Assembly (NCBI GenBank): GCA_044892505.1
Contig: CM097882.1
Span: forward strand, 237,584,001 to 237,648,000
From: Schmidtea nova
Taxonomy: Eukaryota
Length of the DNA stretch: 64,000 bases
Direction of reading: 5' to 3'
How positions within the stretch are numbered: position 1 is the first letter of the stretch; the number at the start of each line of letters is the position of its first letter. The position numbers and the translations under genes are program-made. Shown one piece after another: positions 23,044 to 37,300 of the stretch. The notes beneath the pieces were generated by a model. It was not told the DNA's origin. It saw nothing but the letters and a program-made list of their open reading frames with translations, and did not search any database.

Positions 23044-23521
23044 TTGTTGAAAGTGCAAGTGTTTGAGGAATCAATTGCAGTTGATAATGATTCTGAAAGA
23101 ATGGGTCTTGTACATACAAATTCAGGCTCAGATTTTAAATTTGAAAGTTTTGGAAGAGACAATGCTGGCGCAGAGAAAGTGTGTCGGACTGGTTCAATGA
23201 AAAGAGATCTCCAAACCATACCTGGAATGGCTGATTGGCTGTTGCAAAACACGACTGGTCGGGCGATGTCCTTGATGGGAACATTTTGTGACACCTTCAC
23301 TGACGACACAACTGATTTCCCATTGGACCCATTCGATATTACCGGACTTGATTTGGGAATAGATTTGGATTTCGGATTCAACAAATTGAACGGCGTATTT
23401 GCCAACTTCACCACGAGAGCAACTGTGCCGTCTTCGATGATTTTCCCATTGAACAGTTCGATGGCTTTTTCTGCTTCTTTTCTCTTGTCGAAACGAATAA
23501 ATGCTACTCCTTTTGATTTAC
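23044..23521 (-). CDS. elav-like: ELAV/Hu-family exon encoding the C-terminal half of RRM2 and most of the hinge
   Basis: ttgtttag|GT AAA TCA gives GKSKGVAFIRFDKRKEAEKAIELFNGKIIEDGTVALVVKLANTP (ELAV: GLSKGVGFIRFDQRIEAERAI..LNG....EPITVKFANNP). The AA|gtaaag donor is phase 2 and matches the 5717 acceptor (AA+T = Asn). Confidence 0.9.
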
Positions 23522-23691
23522 CTAAACAATTAATAAATCAATAATTTACTCTCAATCTTTACTTAATCTATATAAATATCATATTTTGTTTTAATAATCA
23601 TTTTTTGCCGACTCTGCTTTGATTTGTTCGAGAAACGTTAAGTTAACACTGATAAGAATTTCATCAAGCACAAATCCTACTGTTTACTCTA

Positions 23692-23705
23692 ATCTCCATG
23701 GCAAC
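23692..23705. promoter_or_regulatory. Candidate RFX X-box ATCTCCATGGCAAC
   Basis: Matches the RFX consensus RTYNYY-AT-RRNRAC with a full GGCAAC half-site. It lies in the elav intron about 170 bp from the 23521 acceptor, near CCAAT (23830) and TGACTCA (about 23885) in a locally GC-richer patch. Confidence 0.35.
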
Positions 23706-25366
23706 GTCAATTCAATTTAATCAAATTGAATAAATTAACTTCAATATTAAATTGGGACAGGAAAACTTAAATAAAAAAAATATCAAAATTTAATACAATT
23801 AATGAAGTTGAGTTTTCCCTTTATTTAGGCCAATGGCATTGGGAAATATTTGTTTTTTTTCTTTGATTATTTTTTACTTCCCTCTGACTCATCTGATTTC
23901 ACCGCCAACGGACTGAGGAGGCTCGAAAATTAAATTATTGATTCCAATTAAAATGGTGATTTAAAATCAATTTTTTCCAAGATTTTTCTATCAATATTTG
24001 AAAAAAATAGAAATTATTTTTTGTTGGCTATTTATTTAAGTTTTTTATTGGTTTAGTGACTGAAATATTGTCACTTCGTGTAATTTATCAGTTATTATAA
24101 GTATTATTTTCAATATTATCATGATAATTATAATTTTAAATATTAAAATTTTTATAATTTTAATAATTATTATATTTATTTTAGTTATTATAATATTATA
24201 ATTATTAATTTTAATTATAATTATTATTATTTTTGTTTGTTTGTTTTAGTATGTATTGAAGAAAAATAATTTTCCTTCGGTTGTTGCGGTATTCTTTTAT
24301 TGAAGATGTTCGATTCATTGATCCAAGAATTTGGTTTGATATTCTAGAATTGAAGATTGAAAGGCGTAACCACCTGGTATATGTATTGCCTCTGATTGGA
24401 TAGCTTATGCGTCGAGTGATGAATAACTTTTATCGTCATGAATGTATTAGGTTTTATATTGTCTTATCGATATTTTGATGAAATTTCAAGATTCACATTT
24501 GTGCTGATTATTTTTCTTGTTTTATTATTTGTCAATTAGTTTGTGTGGTTGTTTTTGATTCTAAATTTTATGTATTGCTCGTTGTCCTTTTTTCGTTTAT
24601 TTTTTCAAACACCAAAACCCTTGGAAAAGGTTGCTCATCTTCAATGTATTTGAGTTTTAGAGCATAGTCAATTAATATTGATTATATTGATGTTTTTGAA
24701 TAAGAATGTGAGGATTTGAAGTGGTTGTGATTACTTCAATATTTGCAATTTAACTAATGTACTTGATGTGGTTGGTGGCGATTCTTATATTTTTATTTTG
24801 ATCTTTATTCTATACTCGTTTAATTTTTCAAATTTCATGGGCAAAATGCTTCATATTTTAGAGAAGACTGAATATATTGTCAATCGATGATTATGGGTTT
24901 GGTCTTCAACTAAACTGTTGTTTATAAATATATAAATATTTAGAAAATATTCTTACAAATACTTTGTTAAACAATCATACGTTTAAAAGAAAATTATTTG
25001 AATAGTAAATATTTTTATCGTTTTAAAATATTTTATAAATTTTAATCAATTTATATATAAAATTACATTTTTTTAATCGATCTGTTTATTTGATTTATTT
25101 TGGAATGTTTGACTGAAAATCTTCTGATGATGAGAAAGAATTTCTTGAAATATATTTTGTGGAATATTATTTGGGAATGGTNNNNNNNNNNNNNNNNNNN
25201 NNNNNNNNNNNNNNNNNNNNNNNNNNNNNNNNNNNNNNNNNNNNNNNNNNNNNNNNNNNNNNNNNNNNNNNNNNNNNNNNNNNNNNNNNNNNNNNNNNNN
25301 NNNNNNNNNNNNNNNNNNNNNNNNNNNNNNNNNNNNNNNNNNNNNNNNNNNNNNNNNNNNNNNNNA

Positions 25367-25624
25367 GCATTAAGTATTAAATAAATTAATAAATAAGTAA
25401 CAAAATAAGCCTTTGCTGCAAAAACAATTTTACTAAAAAAATTGTCGATTATAAAATTGTTTTTTCTGCAAAAGCTTATTTTGTTACTTGTTTATTAATT
25501 AATTAATTATTATTATTATTTAAATTAATAAATAAGTAACAGTTTTATTAAGTGAGAAAATTGTTTTTGCAGTAAAGGCTTATTTTGTTACTTATATATT
25601 AATTTATTTAATACTTAATGCTGC
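25367..25624. repeat. Nested inverted-repeat segment forming almost a whole contig between two N gaps
   Basis: agcattaagtattaaataaattaat..ataagtaacaaaataagcctttgctgcaaaaacaatttt at the left end, its near reverse complement at the right end, and internal partial copies. Confidence 0.75.
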
Positions 25625-28600
25625 NNNNNNNNNNNNNNNNNNNNNNNNNNNNNNNNNNNNNNNNNNNNNNNNNNNNNNNNNNNNNNNNNNNNNNNNNNNN
25701 NNNNNNNNNNNNNNNNNNNNNNNNNNNNNNNNNNNNNNNNNNNNNNNNNNNNNNNNNNNNNNNNNNNNNNNNNNNNNNNNNNNNNNNNNNNNNNNNNNNN
25801 NNNNNNNNNCTAACATATTAAAACTAGGACTCATATAAAATCCAAAATACATATTAATATAATCAACCAAACGTTGAAGTAATTAATAATTAAATAATAA
25901 TTAAGAAGAAAGTAAAAAAATTAATAAATAATAAATTCAATTATTAAACTTTTTTTGTAAAACTCAATTGTACATTTGCCGACTATATCTAATAATTAAT
26001 ATATTTGGCGACATAATTCGGGTAATAATTATCTTTATTTCAATGGACTTTAAAGAATGAATATTATTATAATAATAATTTATGATAATAATCTATATAT
26101 TATAATAATTCTATAATAATAAAATTCGTGTATAATGATTTTTAATTTCCTGAATAAAGTTAGCTAATTTGATTTTTTAAACTTTTTCTTTACACTTATT
26201 AATTTACATTTATAAATCCTCTTTTCTTATACTGCATTCTATTTATTTGTTATTATTATTAATTACAATATAAAATAAATTTTTCTAATATAACTTTTAA
26301 AAATAATTAAAGATTTTAAGTACTTTTAAAAATTTACATTTAATTTTGATATTTTAAAATTATTCAAAAGAGCTTTAAAATACTTCTAATCAAAAACATG
26401 AACAAACTTTCAAATCTAAAATTTGTATTAAAGATTTTTGAAACAATGTTTTATATTTTTAATTATCCCAAATTTTTAATAAATAAACAAACTAAAAGAA
26501 AGTTCTTTAAATCTTTATTTTAATATAAAACAAAAAAATAATATTTACTATGAATTAATGAATTTCAATATTAAAACTTTATTGTCTATGAACTTCAATA
26601 TAATTAGAATATTCAAAAATAATATTTAGTCTTAATAATTTATTATTATCGTTTCCGACATCTACTTTGTACAATTGAACTATTATATTCACTGGGAATT
26701 TCTTAAGAAGAATCCACGAAACTAAGAAATATTTGCAGAAGATTCTAAAAGATAATAAATCTCGATAAAACTGTTGGATATAATTATTGTCAAATGAATA
26801 AATACTTATTTAATTAATCAAAATTAATTTCTTTTCTGATCATGGTTAAGTCTTTTCGATTAAATATAAAAAACAAAAACTGGCATTTTAATAACTACAA
26901 TAATAAATTGTTTAAATTTCAGATATTTCTTTAATTTTTGACGATAAACAATTAAATTTAAAATTAGCGAAACCTTTAAATTCATTTTAAAAGCAAATCT
27001 TTTTTTTTGAAGTATAAAAAAGAAACCCACAAAAACAAGTTTTTAAAGTAACTCTTTCTTTTTCTCATGTTTTCGGTTAATTTTATTGTTGTTTCATTGT
27101 TTGGTAGTTTCTTGGCAACAGTAAATTGAAAAATCACATTGTTTCAAAATTTTTCAATTTTTCAATGGAATAATTTGTGGGCCACCACAAGTCTGCTCGC
27201 AAATTTTCAGATCGATTGGATATCGGGAAATGGGTTAAAGATTAATCCAAAGTTTGACAAGAAAACAAACAGAAATTGGAAGTTAAAAGAAAGAGTTAAA
27301 AAGACATTCCATAGTTGAAAAATTTTATCTACTGAAAATTAATTAAAACCTATTTTATATCAAAAATTTATTGAAAAAATTAGTTATGATAATTTTTGAA
27401 AAATACTTAAAATATTTTATTTACAAGAAGAAATTATTTCATAATTCTTTCACAGAGCAATTCGTTATTTGTTTATTTAGATGTATTCATAGAAATTTGC
27501 AATGCGCAATGATTTGAATTGATTTTTTGAAAGTTTGCGGAGAAACGTTTTGAAAGATAACTTACAATCATTAAAAAAATATTCACAATAACTAAATAAT
27601 TATTAACAATTACTAATTATTAAAAAATTATAAATTTAGTTAATTGATAATTAGCGTAAATTTATACTATAATAACACATTTATTACATATGTATAACAA
27701 AGGTACTAGTGTTGTTGAGAGGCAAAGAATAAATAATAATCAATAACATAATCTTAGAATTCAAAAATTTCACAGAAATGAAATTAACATGGACATCAAT
27801 AAATTAAGGGTTACAAAATAGGGCAAAAGGTCCAGCAAATCTAATATATTTTTTAAAATAGCTTGATTTTTTATAAATTAGGGTTACACTATTATGATTT
27901 ATTATTCTTCTTTGATCTCTTTTTTTCATTCAATAATTTTCATATCAATTTTTGTAAGACCAGATCAAAACATGTTCGTTAGGCACACCATATTTTGTTT
28001 ATTTGTTACATATGTAGTTTTATAAATGTTATAAATTTTTAAGATGAATTTTACTTTTCATGAATAATCAAATAAATATTTTATTCTAAGGAATCATAAC
28101 AATGAAATTGTCAATATAATAACTGTGAGGTAACTTCTGAACAAGTATGAGTTTATTTATTTATTTTATTTTAATATATTTTTTGCCAAAGACTCATATC
28201 ATGCAGTTTCTGCTTTTGCCAGTGTCAGGGTTAGGTTAGGCCCGTTAAAAGGTTTCTGAAATTCAATAAAACCAGTATATCAATTTTTCATAAAATTTAA
28301 AATAAAAACAAAAATTATTCAAATTTCTTTATTTAACAGCCATAAAATACTTTTTTATGATCTACAGTTACACAATTATTAATATGAAAATTATTGATTT
28401 AAAAATTTACGAAGTTTATTTAAAATTAAAAAAATGTCTGATTGTAAAATATATAAAACAATAATAGTATTTTAAATCGTACTTTTAAATGTTTTTGATT
28501 GTATGACACTGTTATAAAATTTTTTATAATTTAAATATTATCTGCAAATGTAACATTTACAGCTTCAAATTAAAAGACTCAACAAATGCGTTTAAAATAG

Positions 28601-30365
28601 TTGTTATGGAAATATCTATTATAACATGGAACTTATCTTATTATATAAATTTAGATGTGAACACATGACAAATTAAGTGCAATCCTATTGTCAATTGTAT
28701 GAATACATTTTTTAAATTAATTTATTTCCCTTGAGTTGCTTAACTACCTCACAGTATGATCTTTTGTTGATATTGCATATTTGAAAATTTAATAATGAAA
28801 AATATTACAAGCTATTTTTCATGTGAAAATAGAAAGATAAAAAATCTGAATTTTTTATCTAATTTTATTTAATTTATTTAATATTCTATCACCAGTATAT
28901 TTTTTGAAAGATAATAAATTTTAATTATATAACATGTAACAGAATAAAACTATTAAATTTGAAATTAATATAATTATATATAAAATTGCCCAGTGAAATA
29001 TTATTTTGAAATCTTTTTATTTATTTAGTGTTTCAAATTATATTTGTTAAATTATAATGATTAATTATTTAGTATAATTTAAAAACAGCATGTTTCTATA
29101 TTATTGAAACAAACTTCTTCTGACGAATTATCTAAATAATTAATCATAACATTGATAATAATATTCACTTATACTTAATTATTTAATAATTTAATTTAAG
29201 TTTAATTACTAGTAAATTTAATTTATTTCCTCAAAATATTTATTAAATTAAAATAACAAATATATCATTGAATTTTTCTATGGTTCAGTAAAGTAATCTA
29301 TCACAGAAATTAATTATTCAATAAAATTGTTACATATAAATTACAAAGTAATACAAGTTACTATAAATAATTTTAAAAATTAAATACTTATTAATTAAAA
29401 TCCCCAATAAAATCAGTGTGTACTAAATGTTTATAAAAATTCAATTAAATAAAATTAATTACAATTAAAAATTAATTTACATAAAAATATACGCGCCAAA
29501 TATAAGAAGCCAATAAAATTAGAAAAAGACTTTCATGTTTAAATAAATTTAACCGTTTTTCATGTACACTTTCAATTTTATTGTTATTATTATACTAATT
29601 GCTCAAATATTAGATTGATAAGTTTAGATTGGCTTTTTTAGAGATTTATTTTTCGGGTTGATAGTATGATAGTTGAGTATGAATTTTTAAAAAAGCGTTG
29701 TGTAGCATAGAATAAAAAGAATTAATTAATACTTGCTAAAATTGTTTNNNNNNNNNNNNNNNNNNNNNNNNNNNNNNNNNNNNNNNNNNNNNNNNNNNNN
29801 NNNNNNNNNNNNNNNNNNNNNNNNNNNNNNNNNNNNNNNNNNNNNNNNNNNNNNNNNNNNNNNNNNNNNNNNNNNNNNNNNNNNNTACGAATTGATAGTT
29901 TGTTTATAGATTATTATAATTTAGCAAATAATCCAATAAAACTTTTCAACTAGAAAACTAACATCAAAACTTGGAAATATATATATTTAATAGAAGAAAG
30001 ATTAAGACAAATGTATAAATTAATGTAAAGCCTTTTAAATATAATAGTCAGACCTAATTAATCAGAAAATAATCAGATGTTAATTAAAATTGTAAGATGA
30101 TATAATAATGTATAATAAACTAATTACATAATCAGGTCACTATGACAACAATGTTTGATGACTGATGCGGTAATGTTTGTGTGTAATGAAATGAGGTGAG
30201 TATTTTTGTGATCTATGTCAATAATATATTTAAACTAATAATACTCCTTTAACTAGATGATGAAAATGAAACCACTATAAATAGTATGACAATTGCTTGT
30301 TATGGTTTAGAATACTTGAAATATATATATATATATATATTGCTTAACAATGTCATATTCAAAGA

Positions 30366-32541
30366 TGGCGATCATGTCAGGACTTCAAAACTATAACAAG
30401 CATCCTAATCAATTAATACAAAATGGTGATTTTGAAATTTTCATTTTGGAAAAGAAGAGATAATTAAACAATAAAAATAACAAAACAACAGCAAAAAATT
30501 CAGGAAAAAACAACAAGACGTCTCTTTCTTGGAGCTAGTCCACAGGTATAAAAAGTACATGATAATTATTCCAATTATGAAGATAGAAAATAAAACGCGT
30601 TCGAGCCAAGAAAAGATTTAGCCATGGATTCAGACATCGCCTTAAAAATTGAAAAGGAAATGATTTATGTAATGAATTTTATAACAAAGTGGAAAAGCTT
30701 ATCGATAATGTTGCTAAACACAAATTATTAAAGCAGCATTAACGTAATTTTATGCAAAATGCTATGGGAAATATGAAAAAAGAAAGAACTGAAATTGTAA
30801 GAAGGTAAATAAGTTGATAAACCCAGGTAATTTATAACACAAATGGAAGAAATTCAAAAAGAAATTCCCAGTAAACAATCATTGTCATCTTTACCTGAAA
30901 ATAGATCATATGCTGATACAGTCAAAAGCCAGAGGAAACGTTATGTATTTTTAAAAAATTAGTCATATTCACTAACTTTAGAACTAATGAATCTACAAAT
31001 ATGCTAAATAAAAGTGACTGGAAGAACGGGGCCGAAGTATTACGATTAGTGACAAACATTAAGTTTTCTCAATGTTCCAAAAATAGTCATTTCAAGTATC
31101 ATTGCTGGGACACCAGAAGAAACTCGAATAAGACAGAAACATTAGTCAACCTGTGATAAAAGTCAAAGAGTTTGGATTCGAAAGACATTACGAAAGTGGA
31201 AATCAGTTTTCAGATTGAAGGAAATACCGAAGACACTGAAATACGATATACGATTACAAATATGATGAGGGCAATTTGATTCCACAAGGTAAATTTCAAA
31301 TGTTTGCGAACAGTTAAAAGAGGATGTTATAGTTTCAGGGGGCTAACTAGGAGCCATAAATTTGGTTTCATTAAGCGTATTACTAATATAGAATGGTTGT
31401 ATTTAGACACTTGATTTAAAAGTTTTCATAATGAATGAAAATATGGATAATTATAAATTAATGTATTAATGAATGGTTGTAAACGTCGGGTGTTGATTAT
31501 GAACATGACTTAGAATGTAGTTTATATGTTAATATAATAAGTAATAGTAAATTTTATTAAAATATTAAAAACAATTTGTACCTAAAATCGCTTATGAAAA
31601 CACGAATGACAGTCCTACCTAGTGTTGGCATTTGGCTAGGAAATATTATAAAAGTGGATTTATTATTATTTATTATTAATAATTTATTTTTATTTATTAT
31701 TTATTTATATCGAGACTTTAATAAAATTAAAATGCGTGTCAAAATAGGAAATTTTAACATTATATTTAATTTGGCAAGAGAAAGAACGCTTTAAATCATT
31801 GGGAAAATATTATTAAAAGTCTGATTAGAATTCAGGATTATAATTTGTAATAAAACATTTTGTGGCAAAACAAATTGGTTCTAGTGTAACTGCAAGTGTA
31901 GAAATGGGGAATTGTTTTGGTATTAAATTACAGGATGTAGCTTAAGTAAAAATAAATAAATAAAAACATTAATTCAACGATAAAAACATTAATTACAGAA
32001 TTTTCGGATATGTTTATAAAACATAAATGTGATGTGGAGAATACGCAAATAGTTCAGCGCTTGATCGTTACAAGCGGGCCAGTAACTATTTATACTAACC
32101 GTAAACTGATACATTTTTCTCATAAAATACAAGAAAGGCTGACAAATATGGAAGAACTAGGAATTATACAGAAATGTGATTCATTATAATTAGCCCAATG
32201 GTGTATGTCTTAAAAATAATAAAATGGATATTAGAATATGCATAGATTTTCAGGCACCTAACGAAATTATGGAGATACTCCGATTTTCAATTCAGAATAT
32301 AGTGGAGGTAATTAATATACAAAAAGATACAGATATTTAGAACGATTGATCTCTTCAGCACATATTAAGAAGTGGAAAAAGAAAATGAATCAAAATTAAA
32401 TACTGCGCTTTCAATAAAATATGGACAATATTGCTTTAACTAAATGTCTTTTGGAAATAGAGCTGTTAATTACAATTATCAAAAGATAAAGAATCAAGTT
32501 GTGGTCGATCTCAATGAATTTTTTGGGTCATATTATAAAAA

Positions 32542-32609
<68 letters not shown>

Positions 32610-33951
32610 GAATACCTCGAATAGTACGGTTTCGATCAGTACGGTTTCTCTAAAGTATGGTTTTGAAATTTTCAAAATATGATTGTTTTTGTCCTACAAC
32701 AGAACGGTATTGTCGAGAGAATGGGTTGGATTTTAAGATTTTATTAATTCTAGATAATGCACCAGGTCATCTGACTGGATGAATAAAAATACATAACAAA
32801 ATAATTTTTGTTTACTAGATTATAATCACGATTTTTAAATTTCTTAATAGGGGTACTAAGCCGTAAATTTATTAGCGCCAGAATGCCTCGAATAGTCCGG
32901 TTTCAAACAGTACGGCTAAATTCCAGAACCGATTAACCGTACTGTTCGAGGTATTCCTGTATATATATATTTATTTATTTATTTATTTATTTATGGCATG
33001 ATAATGAAAAGATTAAAATAATGTAAAAGTATGAAAATGAAAAATTGCATTAAGTAGCCAGATTATTAAAAAGATTATGTTTATCTAATTTAGATAAACT
33101 TAATTGGGCTGAAGAATGTGATGAAAACTTCACGTTCACCCCAGTACCTGAATATTAATATTTACGAATTTTATTTATTTCAGTTACCTATACGAGTTTT
33201 GATATGATTAATGAAGAATGTCACATATGGCAGGAACAATTAATTTTATATATATCAAAGACAATGAGATATGTAGGAAATCTGTTACTGCACCACCAGA
33301 AAGGATTACTTGCAATTTATTACTTTACATAGGATTTCAGGTACTATCTATATGGGGAAAGATTTACCTTAAAAGCAGATCACAATGCTATAACTTTTAT
33401 GATAAATAAAAAAAGTCTTATTTCAAATTAGGATCATTTATTTAATTAATTAATTAATCAAATTAGAATAGAGAAAAGGAGAATTACATACAAACTTAGA
33501 ATCAATATCAAGAAAAGATTACTTCATGTAGTCAAACTCAAACTACACATAAAAACGCCAAAGTAGAAAAGAATATTAGACAAAAAAGAATAGCAAATAT
33601 GGAAGCAATAATCTTCACAAAAAACTATGCCAAACGGCTGAAATTAAAATTTACAAAAGTGTATTAGTGAAAATTGAAGTCAAAAGAGAAATGGACGACT
33701 TGGCAAGAAGAAACAAAACAAAAATTTGATTAACTAGAGTAATAATGAAGTAATAAAGTAATAAAGATTTTGAAAGAAATTGAATTTTGAAATTTAGTGC
33801 TCCTAAAGTCATTCACTTATTCAAAAACATTCAAATCTAATTTCTTTTAGAATTTAATACAATAAATTATCCTATAAATTAACATATAATGGATACAATG
33901 GTGCATACAATGAAGATACCTATAGACATATAGACACACATACATACATAT

Positions 33952-34010
<59 letters not shown>

Positions 34011-34345
34011 TCTAGCACATAGGTCAGAAGCTTGTTAAAAGATTCAAGTAATATTAAAGAGCATACAAAACATTGTAAATCTTAAAATTGTGGACAAAAG
34101 ACTCACAATATCTATTAGAAGAATTTTAAAAATGCAAGAAAACTTTAAATAAGCTCGGGGTTAAATTAAATGTAGAATTTTGAGTGAAAAGAATTTAAGT
34201 TTTTAACAGTATTGGCAATTATTAAAATTGTAATAATATTACAAAAAAAATTAATTATGAGGAAACCATTTACGTATTTCAAAAAGATCAAATTCACTTG
34301 AAATGGAATTATGATAGCCATATATAGTTATTGGCACTGATTAAA
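30366..34345 (+). mobile_element. Degraded Ty3/gypsy LTR retrotransposon (PBS, gag knuckle, protease, RT, RNase H, integrase)
   Basis: PBS-like TGGCGATCATGTCAGGAC (30366-30383). Knuckle-like QCSKNSHFKYHC (about 31070) and protease LDT* (about 31400). RT: MEELGIIQKCDS..SPMVYV..IRICIDF..RTIDL..YGQYCFN*MSFG (31995-32530). RNase H: LLAIYYFT*DFRYYLYGERFTLKADHNAI (about 33300-33400). Integrase zinc-finger and PYIVIG remnants extend to about 34340. Confidence 0.8.
32607..32959 (+). mobile_element. Internally deleted Tigger/pogo DNA transposon inserted into the gypsy RT region
   Basis: TIR CAGGAATACCTCGAA(T/C)AGTACGG (22/23 match) with TA flanks; internal FCPTTERYCRENGLDFKILLILDNAPGH is the pogo/Tigger DDE motif. 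Confidence 0.9.
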
Positions 34346-37300
34346 AAGCAGAATGATGATGAAGATTTATTTTCTATTATTTGATGTTTTCTTTTAATTA
34401 TTAAAATTTTAATCATTTTTATGTTAATTTAATTATTTCTAAAATTCTTGTCTAAAAAGCGAATTATATATTAGTCATTTAATTTTTAAATTTATTAATA
34501 AACGTTTTATTTATTTATTCTTAATGGGCTTAAAGTAAAACATTTTCAATTATTTTCCAATAATTTAATAATTCAACTTTAGGTTTCCGGTTTTTATCAA
34601 TTATTTCTTTGATTTTCTAATGACAAATACCATAAAGCGCTTCCTGTCTATTATTAAGATATTTTATTTCAGTGAAAATTCATTTTCCTAAATTTTTGGA
34701 ACATTTTCTTATTATTAGACAGTTATGGAATGATATGAACTATAATTACGGCAACGAAAAAGAAAATTCAATCGAGTTATGCATAATATTTACAGAAACA
34801 AAAATTTTATTTTTCAGAAAATAAATATTTTGTTTTAAATAGTAATAATAATATTATTAATAATATTAATATTAAAAACAATATAAAAATATTATATAAG
34901 TTATAATTATTTTTAATAGTTTTTTTAAATATAAGAAATAACATTTAAAATAAAAAATGAAATTAAAGGTTGTTTGAACGAGATAATGATATCTAAATAT
35001 AATGCTAAATGAGAAATTCTCTATTTCAAATCAATCATGTAAATCATTTTTGACATTGCTTCAAATATAGAAAACATAACAAAATTTTATATGAAATTTG
35101 TTTTATGCAGTAACAAGTACAATATGGCCTACAAATAAGCTGACTTTAATGGCACTGTCAGACATTTTTCATATTTTATTAAATGTCATTTATTATTTAA
35201 TACATAAAAATTATATATTTTTGTCATACGAAACTGAAACGGTTTTTGCTAATTTTACAAAAATTAAAATTTCAGCCAACCCAGCCAAAATGTTGTGTTA
35301 TGCAATGTTCTTTGAAGTTCATGTAGAACATGACTAAAAAAATAAGTGATAGATTTTTTGTGAAATGTTTAATTTTAGAAATGTTCATTGTTGCACATAT
35401 AAAGACTATCGGTCAAAATTTTTCTTTATATATTACATCAATTTTCAGTACAGTCTTTTTATAGTGGGGAAATTAAAATTAAAAAATTGAATGATGCAAA
35501 TGAAAACAGATAATTTTATAATAAAACCTAAAATATCCTGTTCATAAAAACGCTAATGAATTCATTACATAGACAAATTTTTACAATTAAATTTACGCAT
35601 TTGTATTGAGTGCATAGAGGAAATATAAGTAAATTATTTGTAAATTATCTGAATAATTTTGAACAATTAAGATATTAAAAAATATTTTTTGATTATAAAA
35701 ATTTGTGTTAGTTTTAAAAATTGATTTTGGGTATTTTTGTAAATTAAAATTTTTTTAAAAAGATACTTTTACAAATTAAAATTAATTAACAGTACAAAAA
35801 AACATTTTTTTTGATTAAAATTTTAATTCAAAAAACATTAAATTAAATTAAAAAAAATAGATGAAATTATATTGACAGTAGAATATTTCTTTGGCAATTT
35901 AATTAAAAGATTTTTGAGAAACATTATAATAGAAATTGAGAGTATTTTTAAAATTAACAGAATCAAAAAAAGGAAATAAAGCTTTACTCAGTATTTAATA
36001 AAGCTTTTTCAGTATTTAATTATTTAATGTCAAGGGTAAAAGTCTAACTTTAAATGATGATTGAAACGATCGTTTCCGGAAAGCTATATTTAATGGTGAA
36101 AGATTATTAATAAAATTCTTTAAATACGCTACTGACCAGACAAAAAATAATAAAAAAAACTAAAGAAACAGTGATCATAATGCCAAAAAAAACTATTAGA
36201 CAAAAATATTACAGAAAACCTTGCAATTTATTTGAAGTTCAATTAAAGCTGATAATAACGAATAAAACAAAAAAATAAAAATAAAATATTAAACAATTCT
36301 CAAACTAAATAAATTGAAAGCACTTATAAGAAATAATAGATATATTTATGATAAAAGAAAATTAAAATGCATTAACATATTATTGTCTGGGTTGAACAAA
36401 AGAAGCTCAAATACAAAAATAAAAATCACAAAGCTTGATGGAAAATTGATAAATGTATAAACATTGTAAAAGTAAAGATTAGACCAGCAAAATTAATCAA
36501 AATTTAGAAAATTTAAGAATATAAATTTAGCGGGGGGAATTGGTATTGGTGTATGTCGAAAAGTAAGATTCCAGAAATGGTAAAATAAAATTAATGAGGG
36601 GTCCCCAGAAGAAAAGAATTAAAAGTTTAATGAATTAATTAAGAATTATTTGGCTAATTGGAAACCCGAGTCAATGGAAAACCCAGTATTGTAAGAAGCC
36701 TGAATGATCAGCGAGGCAGTTAATAATAAAGAAAATCCGAAAGACCAAATCGACAGCAGGGTAATTAACAATTTTATTATTAATAAATTAAATTAAGAAT
36801 TGTCAAATCGAGAGGCACCGACGAACAACTTGATCAGATAAGGAAAACCCACTTAAATGGGCATTATAAAAAGAAAATTTAAATCCAAAGATTTTCCAGA
36901 GTGGTCGAAGAGAAAAAGTGAGTAAATAATTTCTAAGACGAGGGATCGAAAATTGTCTTAAATTGATTCTTATTAGCGTACATTTAAAGGGAGGTATTTC
37001 TAGGGAGAGTTATACCTGCGCTGAATCGGAGGTCAGTTATTGGAGTATTTGAAGTTTGTTGAAGTGGTATACAAAGACTTGTTATTCTCAAATGTTGTTG
37101 TAAACAATTTCGAATAAATTTTATTGTGTTGGGTTGTCTTTTGAGTCAATCTTTAAGAACACCAAGGATTCAGATAAATATAACTGACTAACTGATAAAT
37201 ACCCAAAAATATAATAAAAAAGAAATAATAATTCCCCCATTGTTTTTGGCTTTATATCGACATTTCTATTTAGTTTTCTATTTAGTATATAAATATAAGA

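Noticed and set aside
23044-23544. 166-aa plus-strand ORF
   Set aside because: Almost exactly coextensive with the minus-strand elav exon, starts at TTG and has no motif; an antisense shadow.
28228-28240. GGGTTAGGTTAGG as an interstitial telomere
   Set aside because: Only two TTAGG units; such short motifs are common inside invertebrate repeats.
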